64,000 nt of DNA from an uncultured Halopseudomonas sp. (GTDB taxonomy: Bacteria > Pseudomonadota > Gammaproteobacteria > Pseudomonadales > Pseudomonadaceae). The DNA is taken from positions 159 to 64,158 of the forward strand of contig CAYYUQ010000004.1 in NCBI GenBank assembly GCA_964474945.1. Reading direction: 5' to 3'. Made by a program: the position numbers and the translations under genes. The notes below the pieces were generated by a model. That model searched no databases, was not told the origin of the DNA, and was given only the letters and a program-made list of their open reading frames with translations. Shown here piece by piece: positions 31,672 through 46,448 of the stretch. Each line of letters begins with the position of its first letter. Position 1 is the first letter of the stretch.

Positions 31672-32677
31672 GCTGCGCCCCCCGATGCAATCGATGCAAC
31701 CAGAGCGAAGCCGCTGCGCTGGTCAGCAGCACGAATAGACCCAGTACATTGAGTAGCATGAAGCTATCCGCATTGACGCCAGTGTCCAGCAAGCGGCCAA
31801 GTCCTGACGCAGTCACGCCGATCAACGAATAGAGCAACAGCGCCAGCATCAGTGCGTCCCGGCGCCAGCGTAGATAGACGGTAATACCGACCAGGTAGAC
31901 CAGAGCCAGCGCGATGAGCAGCGCAAGGTAACCTTCCTGCCACCAACTGATGCAACCCCCGAGCGTCAGCGCACTCAACAGGCCAAACCCGGCCAGCCGC
32001 GGCAGCACGCGACTCAATTCGGTACACAGCCGATGGCCTGCCCCCTCAAATACCAATAGCAACGCCAGATCAGCCACTGCCAGCGCGGTCAGCCCCTGCG
32101 CGCTGGTTGGCCCACCGGGGTGGAGCGCAAAATAGCGCAGCAACGCCACATGGAGTACCACCCAGAACAGGGCCCAACAGGCGGCGGAGCGGGAAATCAA
32201 TGCCCAAGGCAGCATCAACGCGGCCCAGCCGGCAAATAATTGCCAGATATCCGCACCGGTCTGATAAATCTGACCGACCAACGCCAACACCCCTCCCGTG
32301 GTTAGCGCAGCACCAAACAGGCTGGCACGGTAAAGAGCCGAGCCTGACTGGAGCACCACCGCCGCACCAGCGAAACCAGTCAAGGCAACCAATGCCAGCG
32401 CCAACTTATGCAGCCGGTGCAGTTCATCCCAGTTGAACGCAAAGAAGAAAATCACACCGAGTACCAGCAGCAAGCTGCCGTAGTAGGCCAGCAGACGATC
32501 CAGCGCCGCGCGCCAATGGCGATCGGTGGGCGCTGGATGCTCAGGGGCCAGCGCCCGGGCCAACTGCGCCGGCGTCAGGAGCCCCTGCTCTGTCCAACTG
32601 AGCAGCTGGTCACGGCTGCGCAGCTCGGCCAACCAATCCAGCGGCGGCTGCTGATGCCTCTTTCCTATCTTTTGCAT
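31664..32677 (-). CDS. DUF2157-family membrane protein
   Basis: GVIFFFAFNW and LALVGQIYQTGADIWQLFAGWA. Confidence 0.83.
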   Translation of the reverse strand: MQKIGKRHQQPPLDWLAELRSRDQLLSWTEQGLLTPAQLARALAPEHPAPTDRHWRAALDRLLAYYGSLLLVLGVIFFFAFNWDELHRLHKLALALVALTGFAGAAVVLQSGSALYRASLFGAALTTGGVLALVGQIYQTGADIWQLFAGWAALMLPWALISRSAACWALFWVVLHVALLRYFALHPGGPTSAQGLTALAVADLALLLVFEGAGHRLCTELSRVLPRLAGFGLLSALTLGGCISWWQEGYLALLIALALVYLVGITVYLRWRRDALMLALLLYSLIGVTASGLGRLLDTGVNADSFMLLNVLGLFVLLTSAAASLWLHRLHRGAQHE

Positions 32678-33978
32678 AATCGCAAATGCTCCATGAATTC
32701 AGGCACCGCCATAAACAGATAGAGTGCAAACAGGATATTGAGCAGGGAAACCAGCAGGAATAATTGCGGAATGCTGATACCTACTACACCCAACATGAAC
32801 ATGGCGAAGATAGCGGACATCACCATCAACAGCGAGTTAAGGATATTGTTCGCCGCAATCACCCTGGAGCGCTCATGGTTGTCGGTGCGCGACTGAATCA
32901 GCGCGTACAGGGGCACAATGTAGAAGCCGCCAAAGATGCCCAGCCCCATAATGCAGCACATCACCCACCAGGCTGCCGGCCGGGTCAGCAGCTCCTGCCA
33001 GCCTACTTGCTCGCCCGCCCCTGGCATCTGTCCCGCTCCCAGCCAGAGCAGCAGCCCGAATAGCGTCAGGCCGGCAGCGCCTATCGGTACCAGGCCGAGA
33101 TTCACCGTCTTGCCGGTCAGCCGCTCACACAACAGCGAGCCAGTGGCAATGCCAATGGAAAACACTGCGAGAATCAATGTGACGACCGATTCATCCCCGT
33201 GCAGATAGTGATGGGCAAAACCGGGAATCTGCGCCAGGTATGTGGCCCCGATAAACCAGAACCATGAGTTGGCCAGCAATGACCGGGACACCGCCCTGGA
33301 TTGCTTCACCAGCCCCAGGTGCAGGATGCGGCCTGATTGCCGGAAAATATTCCAGTCCATCTGCAACGCGGGCAGCGCTGCGGCTGTGCAGGGAATACTC
33401 AGACTCGCCATAAAGCCAGCCAGGGCAAACCCCAGCACAGAAACGGATACCCACCAGGCCCACTGTTCGCTACTCATCAACAGACCGGCAAACAGGGTTC
33501 CGCCGAGAATGGCCAGAAAGGTGCCCATCTCCACCAGAGCGTTGCCGCCCACCAGCTCCCGCTCGGCCAGATGCAACGGCAGGATCGAGTACTTCACCGG
33601 CCCGAAGAGAGCAGACTGGGAACCCATGGCAAAGAGCACCACCAGCATCATTGGCAGATGACCAAGCAACAGGCTGACCGAGCCCAATAGCATGATCGGG
33701 ATTTCGGCAAATTTGATCAGGCGAATCAGCTGATGCTTGGGATACTTCTCCCCCAATTGACCACCCAGGGCGGAAAACAGGAAAAACGGCAGGATAAACA
33801 GCAGCGCGCTGAAATTGATCAGCACATTCGGGTCAGTTTCAGTGCCGATTCTGAATAGAATCGCCAGCACCAATGCCTGCTTGAAGACGTTATCGTTGAA
33901 CGCACCCAGAAATTGAGTGACGAAATACGGCAGAAAGCGCCTACTGCCGAGCAACTCGAACTGCGACCGTTCCGCCAT
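32665..33978 (-). CDS. LplT-like MFS transporter (no fused acyltransferase)
   Basis: TQFLGAFNDNVFK, FGPVKYSILP, GNALVEMGTF and RSRVIAANNILN. Confidence 0.82.
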   Translation of the reverse strand: MAERSQFELLGSRRFLPYFVTQFLGAFNDNVFKQALVLAILFRIGTETDPNVLINFSALLFILPFFLFSALGGQLGEKYPKHQLIRLIKFAEIPIMLLGSVSLLLGHLPMMLVVLFAMGSQSALFGPVKYSILPLHLAERELVGGNALVEMGTFLAILGGTLFAGLLMSSEQWAWWVSVSVLGFALAGFMASLSIPCTAAALPALQMDWNIFRQSGRILHLGLVKQSRAVSRSLLANSWFWFIGATYLAQIPGFAHHYLHGDESVVTLILAVFSIGIATGSLLCERLTGKTVNLGLVPIGAAGLTLFGLLLWLGAGQMPGAGEQVGWQELLTRPAAWWVMCCIMGLGIFGGFYIVPLYALIQSRTDNHERSRVIAANNILNSLLMVMSAIFAMFMLGVVGISIPQLFLLVSLLNILFALYLFMAVPEFMEHLRLCKR

Positions 33979-34059
33979 CACTGCTGTCCTTCTTCAGTAT
34001 CGTTTTTGAAGAAGGACAGCATAACGGAACAACACGCCAGATTCGCGCTTACATCCGTA

Positions 34060-35496
34060 TCAGCTATTACTGGCGCCAGTCTGCAATCGCAGATCACGGC
34101 GCTCGATCCAGGACTGGATACGTTCCTGACGGGCTGAGGTCAGCGGATAACGCCGCGCCAGCATGAACGCAGCCATGTACATCAGCACTGGCCCGATAAT
34201 GTAGAGTACCCGCAGTGACATCAGTGAACTATCGGTATGTACCGTCTGGGTGGCATCAAAACCGACCAGCGCCAGCAGCCCCAACGACAGTCCCAGCCCC
34301 AGGGCCATGGCGGATTTCTGCGCCATGCCGGACATGGCAAAGAACAGGCCGGTACGATGCTCCTTACTGCGCGCGGTATCCAGGTCAACAATATCTGCCA
34401 GCATCGACAGCGGCAGAAATTGGAACGCAGCGAAACAAAAACCCTTGATCGCAAACATGATGGCAAAAGGCACCAACTGCCCCGCCTGCAAGAAGAACAT
34501 GCCGAGAATACTGACACTCGATACAGCCACCGCCACACAAAAGGCATGGTGCTTACCGATCTTGCGTCCAAGAATCAGCCAGAACGGAATGCCGAGGATA
34601 CCGATGCCGAAGTACAGCAGATACATCATCCCGATATAAGCCTGAATCTGTATCACATGCTGCATGAAGAAGACCGACATGGCGTTACGGAAGGATTCAC
34701 CGGTAATCACGATGAGCAGAACCAGCATCAGACGTTTGAACGGGCCGTTATTCTTCAGAATACGCAGGCCCTTCTTCCAGTCGGTTTGCTGCACCGACCG
34801 CGGCGGGGCCTCACGCACCATGGTCACGACCATCAGTACGGTGAGCGGTAACAGAATCAACAGCAACCATCCCATACTGGCGAGAATCGGGCCGTAACCC
34901 GTGCCCAGCTGGCCATCCTTGCCGACCAGCCAGATCATCGCCTGCATCAGCGCACCCTCGGTATGCCCCTCCGCATAGCGTTTACCCATGGCCTGCACTA
35001 TAGCCGGTGCCAGCGCTGCCACAAACAGGCCGATCAGCACAAAACCCTCGCGGGACGCTGTTACCCGGCTGCGTTGGTGATACAACGGTGAAAGCTCTGC
35101 GCCCCAGGCTCCATAGGGCAGTGTCACCATGGTCCAGCCTATGTACATAAGCACTGTCCAGAGCAATAGATGCCATATGCCCGCCCCGGCTGGTGGCATG
35201 AAAATCATCACGGTACTGATCAGCATGATCGGCGTACCCAACACCAACCATGGCTTCCGTCTGCCGAAACGGGTTTGCCAGCGGTCACTGATCATGCCCA
35301 TGAGCGGATCAGTAACCACATCGGATAAACGTGCAATCACCAGCACCAACGCCATCAGCGCCATATTAAGCCCCATTTCCTGGGCATAAAAAGGCGGCAG
35401 ATAAACAGCCAAGGGGTAACCGATGATAGCCAGAGGCATGCCCACAGAGCCATGGACCAGGATGGTGGACCGCTTGAGGATTCCGGACTGACTCAT
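34060..35496 (-). CDS. GPH/MelB-family MFS symporter
   Basis: DVVTDPLMGMISDRWQTRFGRRKPW, PYGAWGAEL, MLADIVDLD and G.FFA...AQK. Confidence 0.87.
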   Translation of the reverse strand: MSQSGILKRSTILVHGSVGMPLAIIGYPLAVYLPPFYAQEMGLNMALMALVLVIARLSDVVTDPLMGMISDRWQTRFGRRKPWLVLGTPIMLISTVMIFMPPAGAGIWHLLLWTVLMYIGWTMVTLPYGAWGAELSPLYHQRSRVTASREGFVLIGLFVAALAPAIVQAMGKRYAEGHTEGALMQAMIWLVGKDGQLGTGYGPILASMGWLLLILLPLTVLMVVTMVREAPPRSVQQTDWKKGLRILKNNGPFKRLMLVLLIVITGESFRNAMSVFFMQHVIQIQAYIGMMYLLYFGIGILGIPFWLILGRKIGKHHAFCVAVAVSSVSILGMFFLQAGQLVPFAIMFAIKGFCFAAFQFLPLSMLADIVDLDTARSKEHRTGLFFAMSGMAQKSAMALGLGLSLGLLALVGFDATQTVHTDSSLMSLRVLYIIGPVLMYMAAFMLARRYPLTSARQERIQSWIERRDLRLQTGASNS

Positions 35497-35793
35497 TAAT
35501 GCCACTCCCAGCACACTTGGCAGACTCGCGGCCTACCTTTGTTGTAGTTGTTTTACCTGCCTATCGTTGCGTAGGCAGTTACCTGGAGTCTAAGCGAAGT
35601 CTGATGGCAACATACTCACCCATTTTTGCTGAATATTACCGAAACTGACACGCCGCCCCTTGCAGACCACGGACGACGCGCGATCCAGAGGGCTATAAGA
35701 GCCGGGCATGGGCGGCATTCAGCCTACTGATAACTGAATCAGGGGTTCATACGGCGCTTCGTCACATGAATACGAATAGCATATATAATTGTT

Positions 35794-35812
35794 TGACAAC
35801 CATTCTCATTAC
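35794..35812. promoter_or_regulatory. Fur box upstream of bfd
   Basis: TGACAACCATTCTCATTAC resembles the Fur consensus and overlaps a TTGACA -35; bfd is Fur-regulated in Pseudomonas. Confidence 0.75.
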
Positions 35813-35855
35813 AATTAACGTTAGGCCATTCTCAACTGAGCCGGAGTACGCGCCC

Positions 35856-36065
35856 ATGTATGTATGTCTTTGCAAGGGAATTACCGACACCCAGATCCGC
35901 GACGCGGTAACTGATGGCGCCTGCAGTATGCGTGACCTGCGCGAACGTCTGGATGTAGCCAGCCAGTGCGGCAAATGCGGTCGGGAATGCAAATCCATCA
36001 TCAGCGAGTATCGCCCGGGCGCGGTTGCCAACCTGGTAAACGCGGCGCAGTTTTCGATGGCGTGA
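35856..36065 (+). CDS. bfd: Bacterioferritin-associated ferredoxin
   Basis: MYVCLCKGITD...QCGKC, directly upstream of bfr. Confidence 0.95.
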   Translation: MYVCLCKGITDTQIRDAVTDGACSMRDLRERLDVASQCGKCGRECKSIISEYRPGAVANLVNAAQFSMA

Positions 36066-36183
36066 ATGCGCCCCGAATGCATCGGTCAGCCGTTACTATC
36101 TCCTTGATTTACCAGCTCATTTGACAGCCTTCTTATTGCGCATCACACTCAGCGGATAATTCCCTACCCTGAGGAACACCGTC

Positions 36184-36654
36184 ATGAAGGGCGATGCACA
36201 GGCTATTCGTCATCTCAACATCCTGCTCGGCAATGAGCTTGTGGCCATCAATCAATACTTTCTGCATGCTCGAATGCTGCAGGATTGGGGCCTGGACAAG
36301 CTCGGCGAGCATGAATACAAAGAATCCATTGATGAAATGAAGCATGCCGATGCCTTGACCAAGCGCATCCTGTTTCTTGAGGGTCTGCCTAATCTGCAGG
36401 ATCTTGGCAAACTGCTGATCGGTGAGAATACGAAGGAAATCCTTGAGTGCGATCTGCGTCTGGAAATCGCTGGCATCAAGGATCTGAAAGAAGCCATCGC
36501 TTATTTTGAAAGCGTCGGCGACTACGGCAGCCGTGATCTGGCCGAAGATATTCTCGAATCTGAAGAAGAGCATCTGGATTGGCTGGAAACCCAACTGGGC
36601 CTGATCGAGAAGATCGGTATCGAGAACTACCAGCAGTCACAGATCAGCAACTGA
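36184..36654 (+). CDS. bfr: Bacterioferritin
   Basis: [18 protein letters not shown] (heme Met) and EEEHLDWLE. Confidence 0.97.
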   Translation: MKGDAQAIRHLNILLGNELVAINQYFLHARMLQDWGLDKLGEHEYKESIDEMKHADALTKRILFLEGLPNLQDLGKLLIGENTKEILECDLRLEIAGIKDLKEAIAYFESVGDYGSRDLAEDILESEEEHLDWLETQLGLIEKIGIENYQQSQISN

Positions 36655-36671
36655 TCTCTAATGTGCCATAC

Positions 36672-36699
36672 CGGACGGGAGCCAATTGGCTCCCGTCCG
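36672..36699. terminator. Terminator hairpin between convergent bfr and nirS
   Basis: Perfect palindrome CGGACGGGAGCCAATTGGCTCCCGTCCG. Confidence 0.75.
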
Positions 36700-36713
36700 T
36701 TACAATTTACAAC

Positions 36714-40498
<3,785 letters not shown>

Positions 40499-40553
40499 GA
40501 ACATGGCTCCTGACAACGTAAACACATCATGGGGAAAGGTTCAGCAAGAAAGC

Positions 40554-40567
40554 TTGATCATTGTCAA
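40554..40567 (-). promoter_or_regulatory. Anr/Dnr (FNR-family) box for the TBDR-nirS transcript
   Basis: TTGAT-CATT-GTCAA. The class II -41.5 geometry places a CATGAT -10 at about 40526-40531 on the minus strand. Confidence 0.8.
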
Positions 40568-40569
40568 GT

Positions 40570-40596
40570 TACAGTGCGTCAAGCTGACGCACTGTA
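40570..40596. promoter_or_regulatory. Perfect 12-bp-arm inverted repeat, candidate activator site
   Basis: TACAGTGCGTCA-AGC-TGACGCACTGTA contains both GTCA-N3-TGAC (NorR-like) and GCGNC-N5-GNCGC (RegA-like). Confidence 0.6.
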
Positions 40597-40726
40597 CTGG
40601 GTGCGACATACCATCGCAGCCTTATCTGGGTACTCTAAACCCCGAATGGTTAAAAAAACCCAGTGCATGCGAGGTATAAAATACCAAACTATTAATAACC
40701 CCTTTAAATTCAGCAGGTTAACCACA

Positions 40727-40741
40727 TGGCACGATCCTTGT
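40727..40741 (+). promoter_or_regulatory. Putative sigma54 (-24/-12) promoter of the nirQ-nor operon
   Basis: TGGCAC-GATCC-TTGT (consensus TGGCAC-N5-TTGC), 40 bp before the nirQ ATG, preceded by an AT-rich tract. Confidence 0.55.
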
Positions 40742-40780
40742 TAGAGAAAGCACTGAACGCATCTATTCAAGGAATCACCA

Positions 40781-41629
40781 ATGGACGCAACCCGGTTAGA
40801 CCTCCACCCAGAACGGCCCTCGGGGCTGTTCTACCACGCCAGTGGCAAAGAGGTTGAACTCTTTGAGCAGGCCGACCGGTTCGGCATGCCGGTGCTCATC
40901 AAGGGCCCAACCGGCTGTGGCAAAACCCGTTTCATTCAGCATATGGCTCAGCGCCTCGGGCGCAAGCTGTATACCGTAGCCTGTCATGACGACCTGACGA
41001 CTGCAGACCTGGTAGGTCGCTACCTGATCGGTGCCAAGGGTACTTTCTGGCAGGACGGCCCACTGACCCGTGCCGTGCGTGAAGGGGCTATCTGTTACCT
41101 GGACGAAGTCATCGAAGCGCGCAAGGACATCACTGTGGTGCTCCATCCGCTGGCCGACGATCGTCGCATCCTGCCATTGGAAGCAACCGGTGAAGAACTC
41201 CAGGCTGCGCCCGGCTTCATGCTGGTCGTCTCCTATAACCCCGGCTACCGCAACCTGCTCAAGGGGCTAAAACCCAGCACTCGTCAGCGCTTCGCTGCGA
41301 TGGCTTTCGATTATCCCGTAGCCGCAGCAGAAAGCCGCATAGTTCAGCACGAATCCGGCCTTGATCCGATGCAGGCAGATCAACTGGTAGCGCTGGGTAA
41401 CGCCCTGCGCCATCTGGGACAGCATGATCTGGAGGAGGCCCCTTCAACCCGTTTGCTGATTCATACCGCACGGCTGATCGCCGCTGGCATGGATCCGCGC
41501 CAGGCCTGTGAGGCCTGCATGGCGCAACCGCTGACTGATGAACCCACTGCTCAGGCCGCCATCATGGACATCGTCCGCGTGCACTTTGCCGAGCCGGAAC
41601 AACAACAAACCAACAGAAAATTCGCCTGA
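40781..41629 (+). CDS. nirQ: CbbQ/NirQ/NorQ MoxR-type AAA+ ATPase
   Basis: KGPTGCGKTRF, WQDGPLTRAVREG, YLDEVIEAR and KPSTRQRF. Confidence 0.95.
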   Translation: MDATRLDLHPERPSGLFYHASGKEVELFEQADRFGMPVLIKGPTGCGKTRFIQHMAQRLGRKLYTVACHDDLTTADLVGRYLIGAKGTFWQDGPLTRAVREGAICYLDEVIEARKDITVVLHPLADDRRILPLEATGEELQAAPGFMLVVSYNPGYRNLLKGLKPSTRQRFAAMAFDYPVAAAESRIVQHESGLDPMQADQLVALGNALRHLGQHDLEEAPSTRLLIHTARLIAAGMDPRQACEACMAQPLTDEPTAQAAIMDIVRVHFAEPEQQQTNRKFA

Positions 41630-41669
41630 CCGGCGAGCACGCAATCCGCATAACCCGAGGAGATTCAAC

Positions 41670-42116
41670 ATGTCGGAGCGCTTTACCAAGGGCATGGCCC
41701 GCAACATCTACTACGGTGGCGGCATGTTTTTCATGCTGCTGTTCATTGGTCTCACGGTCGATACGGTCACGGCGATTCCGGAACGGGAAAATCGCGACCA
41801 ACTCACCGCCGAAGTCGCCCATGGCAAGGAACTATGGGAGAAGAACAACTGCGTGGGATGTCACTCGCTGATGGGTGAAGGTGCCTACTTCGCACCTGAA
41901 CTGGGTAACGTTTTCCAACGCCGCGGCATGGATAACGAAGCTGCATTCAAAGCGTATTTCGGCGCCTGGATGAAGGCCATGCCTACCGGTGTTGAAGGCC
42001 GTCGGCAAATGCCTCAGTTCAATCTGTCCGAAGACGAACTCAATGCCATGGCCGAATTCCTGATCTGGTCATCGCGCATTGATACCAACGACTGGCCACC
42101 GAACAAGGAAGGCTGA
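41670..42116 (+). CDS. norC: Nitric oxide reductase cytochrome c subunit
   Basis: MSERFTKGMARNIYYGG, CVGCH, GAYFAPEL and RRQMPQF. Confidence 0.96.
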   Translation: MSERFTKGMARNIYYGGGMFFMLLFIGLTVDTVTAIPERENRDQLTAEVAHGKELWEKNNCVGCHSLMGEGAYFAPELGNVFQRRGMDNEAAFKAYFGAWMKAMPTGVEGRRQMPQFNLSEDELNAMAEFLIWSSRIDTNDWPPNKEG

Positions 42117-42126
42117 GTACGCCTGA

Positions 42127-43560
<1,434 letters not shown>

Positions 43561-43692
43561 CCCCAACCCGGTATCGGGCGCAGGCTCGGTACCGGCTGCC
43601 GTACCGCGCTGCTGCGCAGCACTCCACCAGCAGCGCCCCATTCCAGAATTCCGGCCCCGGCCGGAATCACCCCGACCTCTGGGAGAAGTGCA

Positions 43693-45537
43693 ATGGAAGA
43701 AGCCGTAGGTATCCGCTGGCACAAGCTGATCACCCGCCTCGCCGGCAATGGATTCCCCCAAGCGCAAGTGACGCTTGAGGCCGAAGGCCCACGCCTGGCC
43801 ATGGTCTTCCGCGCTCTCAGTGGCGACCCTGGCCTGACCATCAAGGCCAGCACCGAACGTAGCTTGAAGACCTGGCGGCCGCTGGCTCACCGCCTTGCAG
43901 GCACCGGCCGCCGCCACGCTCTGGCATGGCGCGAAGCCGAGGCGCTGCGGGTGCCGGACAGTCTGGCCGTATTTCCAGAAAAGGCCATGAACCGGGATCT
44001 GTACCTGTGGTTGGCAGCCATGGCCAGCCAGGCCGACTCGCAGCCCAAGGGTGATTGGTTGCAAGCCAACCAGCAGTTGGTACTCAACACCCTGGCCGCT
44101 TACCCCGGTCTGAATAGGCTGTATTACACCCTGGCTCACTGCCTGGTGGACATTCGTCGCACCCGTACCCGCTTGCCTGCTGATCAGGCCGAGCGGGAAG
44201 CTGCCCTGCAGCGCGCCCTGCTCTCGCCCGGCAGCCAGCCGGCGCTACCTGCCGCGCCCGGCGAACCCTGGCCAGTACCACTGTGGTTGTATCCGCAGGC
44301 GGAAGACGTGCACCCAAAAATGCCCGCTGCCAACGATGACGGCAACGACGGTGAATCACATGGCCAGAACAAGGTGCGCCAGAGCAAGCAGCGCAAGCAA
44401 GGCCGCTATGTGGATGATAATCAGCAGCGTAACGGCATGATGATCTTCCGCTTGGAAAGCCTGTTCTCCTGGTCCGAGTTTGTCCCTGTCGACCGCTGCG
44501 AAGACGATAACGACGACGAGGACAGCGAACAAATCGCTGAGGATCTGGACTACCTGAGCCTGTCCCGCAGCCCCAGCACCAGCGCCTCGCGCATCAAACT
44601 GGACATGGATCTGCCCTCCGCCTCCGAGGATGACATTCCCCTGAGCGACGGCAGCCTGTTTCCCGAATGGGACTGGAAAAAGCAACAGCTGCGGGATAAC
44701 CATTGCCGGGTCATACCGATGCTGCCCCGCGACGCCGAGCCGGCACCGCTGCCGGAGCGTCTGCGTCCGTTGGCGAATAATCTGCGGCAACGCTTCCAGG
44801 GGCTGCAACCACAGCGCATCTGGGAAAAACGCCAGACCACCGGCACCCTGCTCGATCTGGACGCCTGCCTGCATCACGTTGCAGACATGCGCCGTGGCCA
44901 GGCCACATCGCAGCCGGCCCTTTGGCGTCGGGAAACGGCACGTCATCGGGATCTGTCCTGCCTGGTACTGGCCGACCTGTCGCTGTCGACCGAAGCCTGG
45001 GCAGACAATACCCATCAGGTCATTGATGTGATTCGTGACAGTCTGCACCTGCTTGGTGAAGCGCTGGATGCCGGCCAGGACGATTTCGCCATGTACGGCT
45101 TCTCTTCGAGACGCCGGGATCATGTGCGCTTCAACCTGATCAAGAACTTTGCCGAGCCCTGGAGCAACACCATTCATGGGCGCATTCAGGAACTCAAACC
45201 CGGCTACTACACACGCATGGGCGGCGCCATTCGTCAGGCCACCGAGATTCTCAAGGACAAGCCCGCTGAGCAACGACTGCTGTTATTGCTTACCGATGGC
45301 AAACCGAATGATCTGGATGTGTACGAGGGGCGCTATGGCATGGAAGATACCCGCCAGGCGCTACTCGAAGCGCGTAAGGCCGGCATTCAGCCATTCTGCG
45401 TCACCATCGACCAGCAGGCCGCCGACTACCTTCCTTACCTGTTCGGCCAGCAGCGTTACCAATTGATTCGTCAGGCATCCGAACTGCCCGGCCTGCTGCC
45501 CAAACTCTATCTGTTACTGACCGGGAGAACGACCTGA
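43693..45537 (+). CDS. norD: Nor activation protein with VWA domain
   Basis: MEEAVG, PEWD, DLSLST MIDAS, PGYYTRMG and LTDGKPND. Confidence 0.95.
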   Translation: MEEAVGIRWHKLITRLAGNGFPQAQVTLEAEGPRLAMVFRALSGDPGLTIKASTERSLKTWRPLAHRLAGTGRRHALAWREAEALRVPDSLAVFPEKAMNRDLYLWLAAMASQADSQPKGDWLQANQQLVLNTLAAYPGLNRLYYTLAHCLVDIRRTRTRLPADQAEREAALQRALLSPGSQPALPAAPGEPWPVPLWLYPQAEDVHPKMPAANDDGNDGESHGQNKVRQSKQRKQGRYVDDNQQRNGMMIFRLESLFSWSEFVPVDRCEDDNDDEDSEQIAEDLDYLSLSRSPSTSASRIKLDMDLPSASEDDIPLSDGSLFPEWDWKKQQLRDNHCRVIPMLPRDAEPAPLPERLRPLANNLRQRFQGLQPQRIWEKRQTTGTLLDLDACLHHVADMRRGQATSQPALWRRETARHRDLSCLVLADLSLSTEAWADNTHQVIDVIRDSLHLLGEALDAGQDDFAMYGFSSRRRDHVRFNLIKNFAEPWSNTIHGRIQELKPGYYTRMGGAIRQATEILKDKPAEQRLLLLLTDGKPNDLDVYEGRYGMEDTRQALLEARKAGIQPFCVTIDQQAADYLPYLFGQQRYQLIRQASELPGLLPKLYLLLTGRTT

Positions 45538-46142
45538 TGTCCAGAACCGACGTCGCCCTTATCGAGGACATCACAGAACAGGAGCAGCAGCTGCCGGGCG
45601 ACCTGGCCATGTGGTGCTTCATTCTCGCCGAACTGTTGGCTTTCCTGTTCCTGCTGGGCAGCATGGCCTTTGCCCGTGGGCACTGGAATGACCTATTCAG
45701 CGCTGGCGTCGCGACCCTGCATCCCGAGGCCGGGCTGACCAATACCTTGATCCTGCTGACGGGTAGTTACTTCGCGGCAAAAGGCGTAAGGCGCGCCGCG
45801 CAGGGTAACCCCCGCGCATTGGTGATCGGCTTTGTATTGGCAGCGCTCTGTGGGCTGGGCTATGTCGGCATCAAGATCAGTGAGTATGCTCTGCTGTTTG
45901 GTGATGGCTATAACCTGCGCACCAATACCTTCTATTTCTTTTACTTCTTCACCACCTTCTTCCATATGGCCCACGTACTGATCGGCATGGCCATTCTGCT
46001 GGTGGTCGCCCACCGCAGCCACACAGGCCGGTACGCCAACCGCGACAAGGTGCGCATGGCTGGCGAGTCCGCCGCTAGTTACTGGCACATGGTGGATCTG
46101 GTCTGGCTGGTATTGTTCCCGCTGCTGTACGTGTTGCCCTGA
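45537..46142 (+). CDS. norE: Cytochrome oxidase subunit III-like NorE/NirO
   Basis: LPGDLAMWCFILAE, FHMAHV and YWHMVDLVW. Confidence 0.85.
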   Translation: MSRTDVALIEDITEQEQQLPGDLAMWCFILAELLAFLFLLGSMAFARGHWNDLFSAGVATLHPEAGLTNTLILLTGSYFAAKGVRRAAQGNPRALVIGFVLAALCGLGYVGIKISEYALLFGDGYNLRTNTFYFFYFFTTFFHMAHVLIGMAILLVVAHRSHTGRYANRDKVRMAGESAASYWHMVDLVWLVLFPLLYVLP

Positions 46143-46153
46143 GGAGACTGTTG

Positions 46154-46399
46154 ATGAAACGCTACGCACTGGAAATCGGTCTTGTCGGCCTGCTCGGCCT
46201 CACCCTCGGCGCCTGGCTGATCGGCCACAATGTCAGCGCCAGCTGGGTAGTCGGCTGCGTGCTGGCCATTACCTTCGTCAAGGGACAATGGCTGATCGAC
46301 GAATTCATGGAATTGCGCCATGCGCCACAATGGCTGCGCTTAGTGATCAGCGGCTGGCTGGTGCTGGTGGTCGGCATGACCGCATTGTTCAACATCTAA
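46154..46399 (+). CDS. NorF/NirP-like small membrane protein
   Basis: 3 TM helices, K...IDEFMELRHAP, GGAG RBS, follows norE. Confidence 0.78.
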   Translation: MKRYALEIGLVGLLGLTLGAWLIGHNVSASWVVGCVLAITFVKGQWLIDEFMELRHAPQWLRLVISGWLVLVVGMTALFNI

Positions 46400-46448
46400 G
46401 ACAGCAGCTCCCTCCGGAGTTGCTGAGCCTCCCGGCAGCGCCGCCCCC

